From: Armatimonadota bacterium
GTDB lineage: Bacteria > Armatimonadota > UBA5829 > DTJY01
Length of the DNA stretch: 64,000 nucleotides
Direction: 5' to 3'
Assembly (NCBI GenBank): GCA_029907255.1
Contig: JARYMF010000007.1
Span: 37,896-101,895 of the forward strand
Shown: one piece after another, positions 62,665 through 64,000 of the stretch
How the letters are laid out: every line of letters begins with the position of its first letter
Numbering within the stretch: the stretch's first letter is position 1
Program-made: the position numbers and the translations under genes
The notes under the pieces: model-generated
Told to the model about the DNA's origin: nothing
What the model saw: only the letters and a program-made list of their open reading frames with translations
Database searches by the model: none

Positions 62665-64000
62665 CTATCCCATTATGACGTGGACTTTATGTACGCCGCT
62701 TGTGAAAACCGGAAGGGTATTTCCAGCGATTGGCTTTCCATCTACTTGGATGCTTTTGACTCCATGTTGCACATGATTTGGATTTTGTACTTCAATCTCG
62801 TAAATCGCTCCCCTAAATTTTCGAATAACGCTGAAGGAATCCCAATCATGCGGAATACAAGGGTCAATAGTGAGACCATCGTATGTAGGACGAACGCCGA
62901 GAATCCAATCGAGACCATCGCGGTACATCCAGACTGCTGAACCTGTCAGCCATGAGTGGCTTGCTTCACCAAAGGTTGGATGATCAGGACTAGTAACATA
63001 TTCCGAATATACATATGGTTCCATTCGGTAAATATCTGGATCGTATGCTTGGTTGATTGGGATAGTCTTCTTGAAATACTCATACGCTCTGTCGCCATTT
63101 CCGATAACACATTCGGCAAGAATTGCCCATGCGGCAGGATGATTGAAAATTGCGCCATTCTCTTTCTTGCCGGGTACACATCTTGTCGCAAGTCCAATCC
63201 CTGAGTCTACCTTTGTATAAGCTGGATGCAAAATCTTGGGCCCTCTTGGTGTGTTTAGGTATTTATAGACGGAATCCATAGTCATGCGAGCGCGGTCCTC
63301 TGGAGCTATGCCGCTAATTACAGCCCATGTTGTTGACTCCAAGAATATACGGCCTTCCTCGTTGGTATGTGAACCAATTACGCTGCCGTCATCTCTTGTT
63401 CCGCGTATATACCACTCTCCATCCCAGCAGTATTTATTGAGCGCATCTGCAATTTGAGCATATTCTGAGCGGTACTGTTTTGCCTTGTTCAGGATTTCCG
63501 TGTGGTCGAGTCCTATGTTTGAAGAAATTTCTTTAGATGAACCGCATTTTTCTAGCAGTTCCGCCGCTTCTCTTAAAACATAGCATAAGAACTCAGCAAC
63601 CCACATACTTTCGCCGATTCCCTCTCTGCCGACATAATCGAGTGTGTCGTTCCAGTCACCTGGCCCAAATTTTGGTAGGTGTCTGGGTGTTAGATTGCTT
63701 AATGGATAATCAATTGCCCGAATTAGATGCTCGAGAACAGTTGCCTCGCCTTTGTCGTGGAACGGTACAACTTTTTGGAGAAAGCCAAAGTCGCCTGTTT
63801 CCTTTAGGTATGCAACAATGGCGAAAGGAAGCCACAAAGGAGTGTCCGAGTGGCCCGTTTTTTCTCCTTGACCAGTGAGGCGGAAGTAATTATGGAGTGT
63901 GCTTCCATCGGCAAATTGGTGGGAAAGGACTTCGCAAATACGCTCGGCAACAACTTGAGGTTCGGCAATTAAAGGGCCGAGGAGGTCTTGGCATTGATCA
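62665..64000 (-). CDS. GH94-like (alpha/alpha)6-barrel glycoside phosphorylase, C-terminal part (N-terminus beyond the window end)
   Basis: The frame stays open to nt 64000, upstream of the TTG at 63837. A catalytic-type GDWND motif and a six-hairpin barrel segment are present. Confidence 0.55.
   Translation of the reverse strand, partial: DQCQDLLGPLIAEPQVVAERICEVLSHQFADGSTLHNYFRLTGQGEKTGHSDTPLWLPFAIVAYLKETGDFGFLQKVVPFHDKGEATVLEHLIRAIDYPLSNLTPRHLPKFGPGDWNDTLDYVGREGIGESMWVAEFLCYVLREAAELLEKCGSSKEISSNIGLDHTEILNKAKQYRSEYAQIADALNKYCWDGEWYIRGTRDDGSVIGSHTNEEGRIFLESTTWAVISGIAPEDRARMTMDSVYKYLNTPRGPKILHPAYTKVDSGIGLATRCVPGKKENGAIFNHPAAWAILAECVIGNGDRAYEYFKKTIPINQAYDPDIYRMEPYVYSEYVTSPDHPTFGEASHSWLTGSAVWMYRDGLDWILGVRPTYDGLTIDPCIPHDWDSFSVIRKFRGAIYEIEVQNPNHVQHGVKSIQVDGKPIAGNTLPVFTSGVHKVHVIMG

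Noticed and set aside
62251-62940. Plus-strand ORFs of 68, 117 and 94 aa between the PurM-like and GH94-like genes
   Set aside because: They overlap or run antisense to the GH94-like gene and the small Cys-rich ORF. No RBS or domain support.
1-64000. tRNA, rRNA, CRISPR repeats, IS elements/transposases, integrases
   Set aside because: No cloverleaf-like conserved segments were seen. No regularly spaced direct repeats were seen. No transposase- or integrase-like ORFs were seen. The whole window reads as a chromosomal flagellar/glycan locus.

Overview
The window holds a near-complete flagellar regulon of a diderm bacterium (P- and L-ring genes flgI/flgH/flgA are present) arranged in Firmicutes-like gene order. 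Two convergent gene blocks meet near 26.5 kb. The plus-strand block (0.8-26.5 kb) runs: C-terminal fragment of a histidine kinase, a CheY-like receiver, rpoN, then flgB flgC fliE fliF fliG fliH fliI fliJ, an SLT lytic transglycosylase, fliK flgD, then a CheX-like gene, a TIGR02530-like small protein, flgE flbD motA motB fliL fliM fliN fliO fliP fliQ fliR flhB flhA, a tandem-PilZ protein, fliA and three small hypothetical genes. The minus-strand block (38.9 to 26.5 kb) runs: flgF flgG flgA flgH flgI, an FlgJ-N-like rod-binding protein, flgM flgN flgK flgL fliW, a short flagellin, fliD fliS and a FliT-like ORF. Three near-identical sigma-54 (-24/-12) promoters are visible: upstream of flgB, upstream of the CheX-like gene (just after an intrinsic terminator that follows flgD), and upstream of a 15.5-kb plus-strand sugar-modification island (39.1-54.6 kb). 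That island encodes a KdsC-family phosphatase, a LicC/LicA-like nucleotidyltransferase-kinase fusion, a 1762-aa multi-glycosyltransferase (TagF-like + WbsX-like + TPR + 2x GT2), a GmaR-like TPR-GT2 protein, an AKR-ferredoxin fusion, a TIM-barrel isomerase, a CysRS, an LmbE deacetylase and a DegT aminotransferase, and it ends in a strong terminator. Downstream are a Gfo/Idh/MocA oxidoreductase, a zinc-less MDR dehydrogenase, an ABC importer with the binding protein fused to the permease, a second permease carrying a ~370-aa periplasmic insert, a PurM-like protein, a small Cys-rich ORF and a partial GH94-like phosphorylase. No tRNA, rRNA, CRISPR array or IS element was recognised. The most interesting candidate is the sigma-54-co-regulated flagellin glyco/phospho-modification island with its giant multidomain transferase. 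Other unusual points are the tandem-PilZ protein in the flhF/flhG position and fliW without csrA. Motif coordinates are hand-counted and may be off by 1-2 nt.
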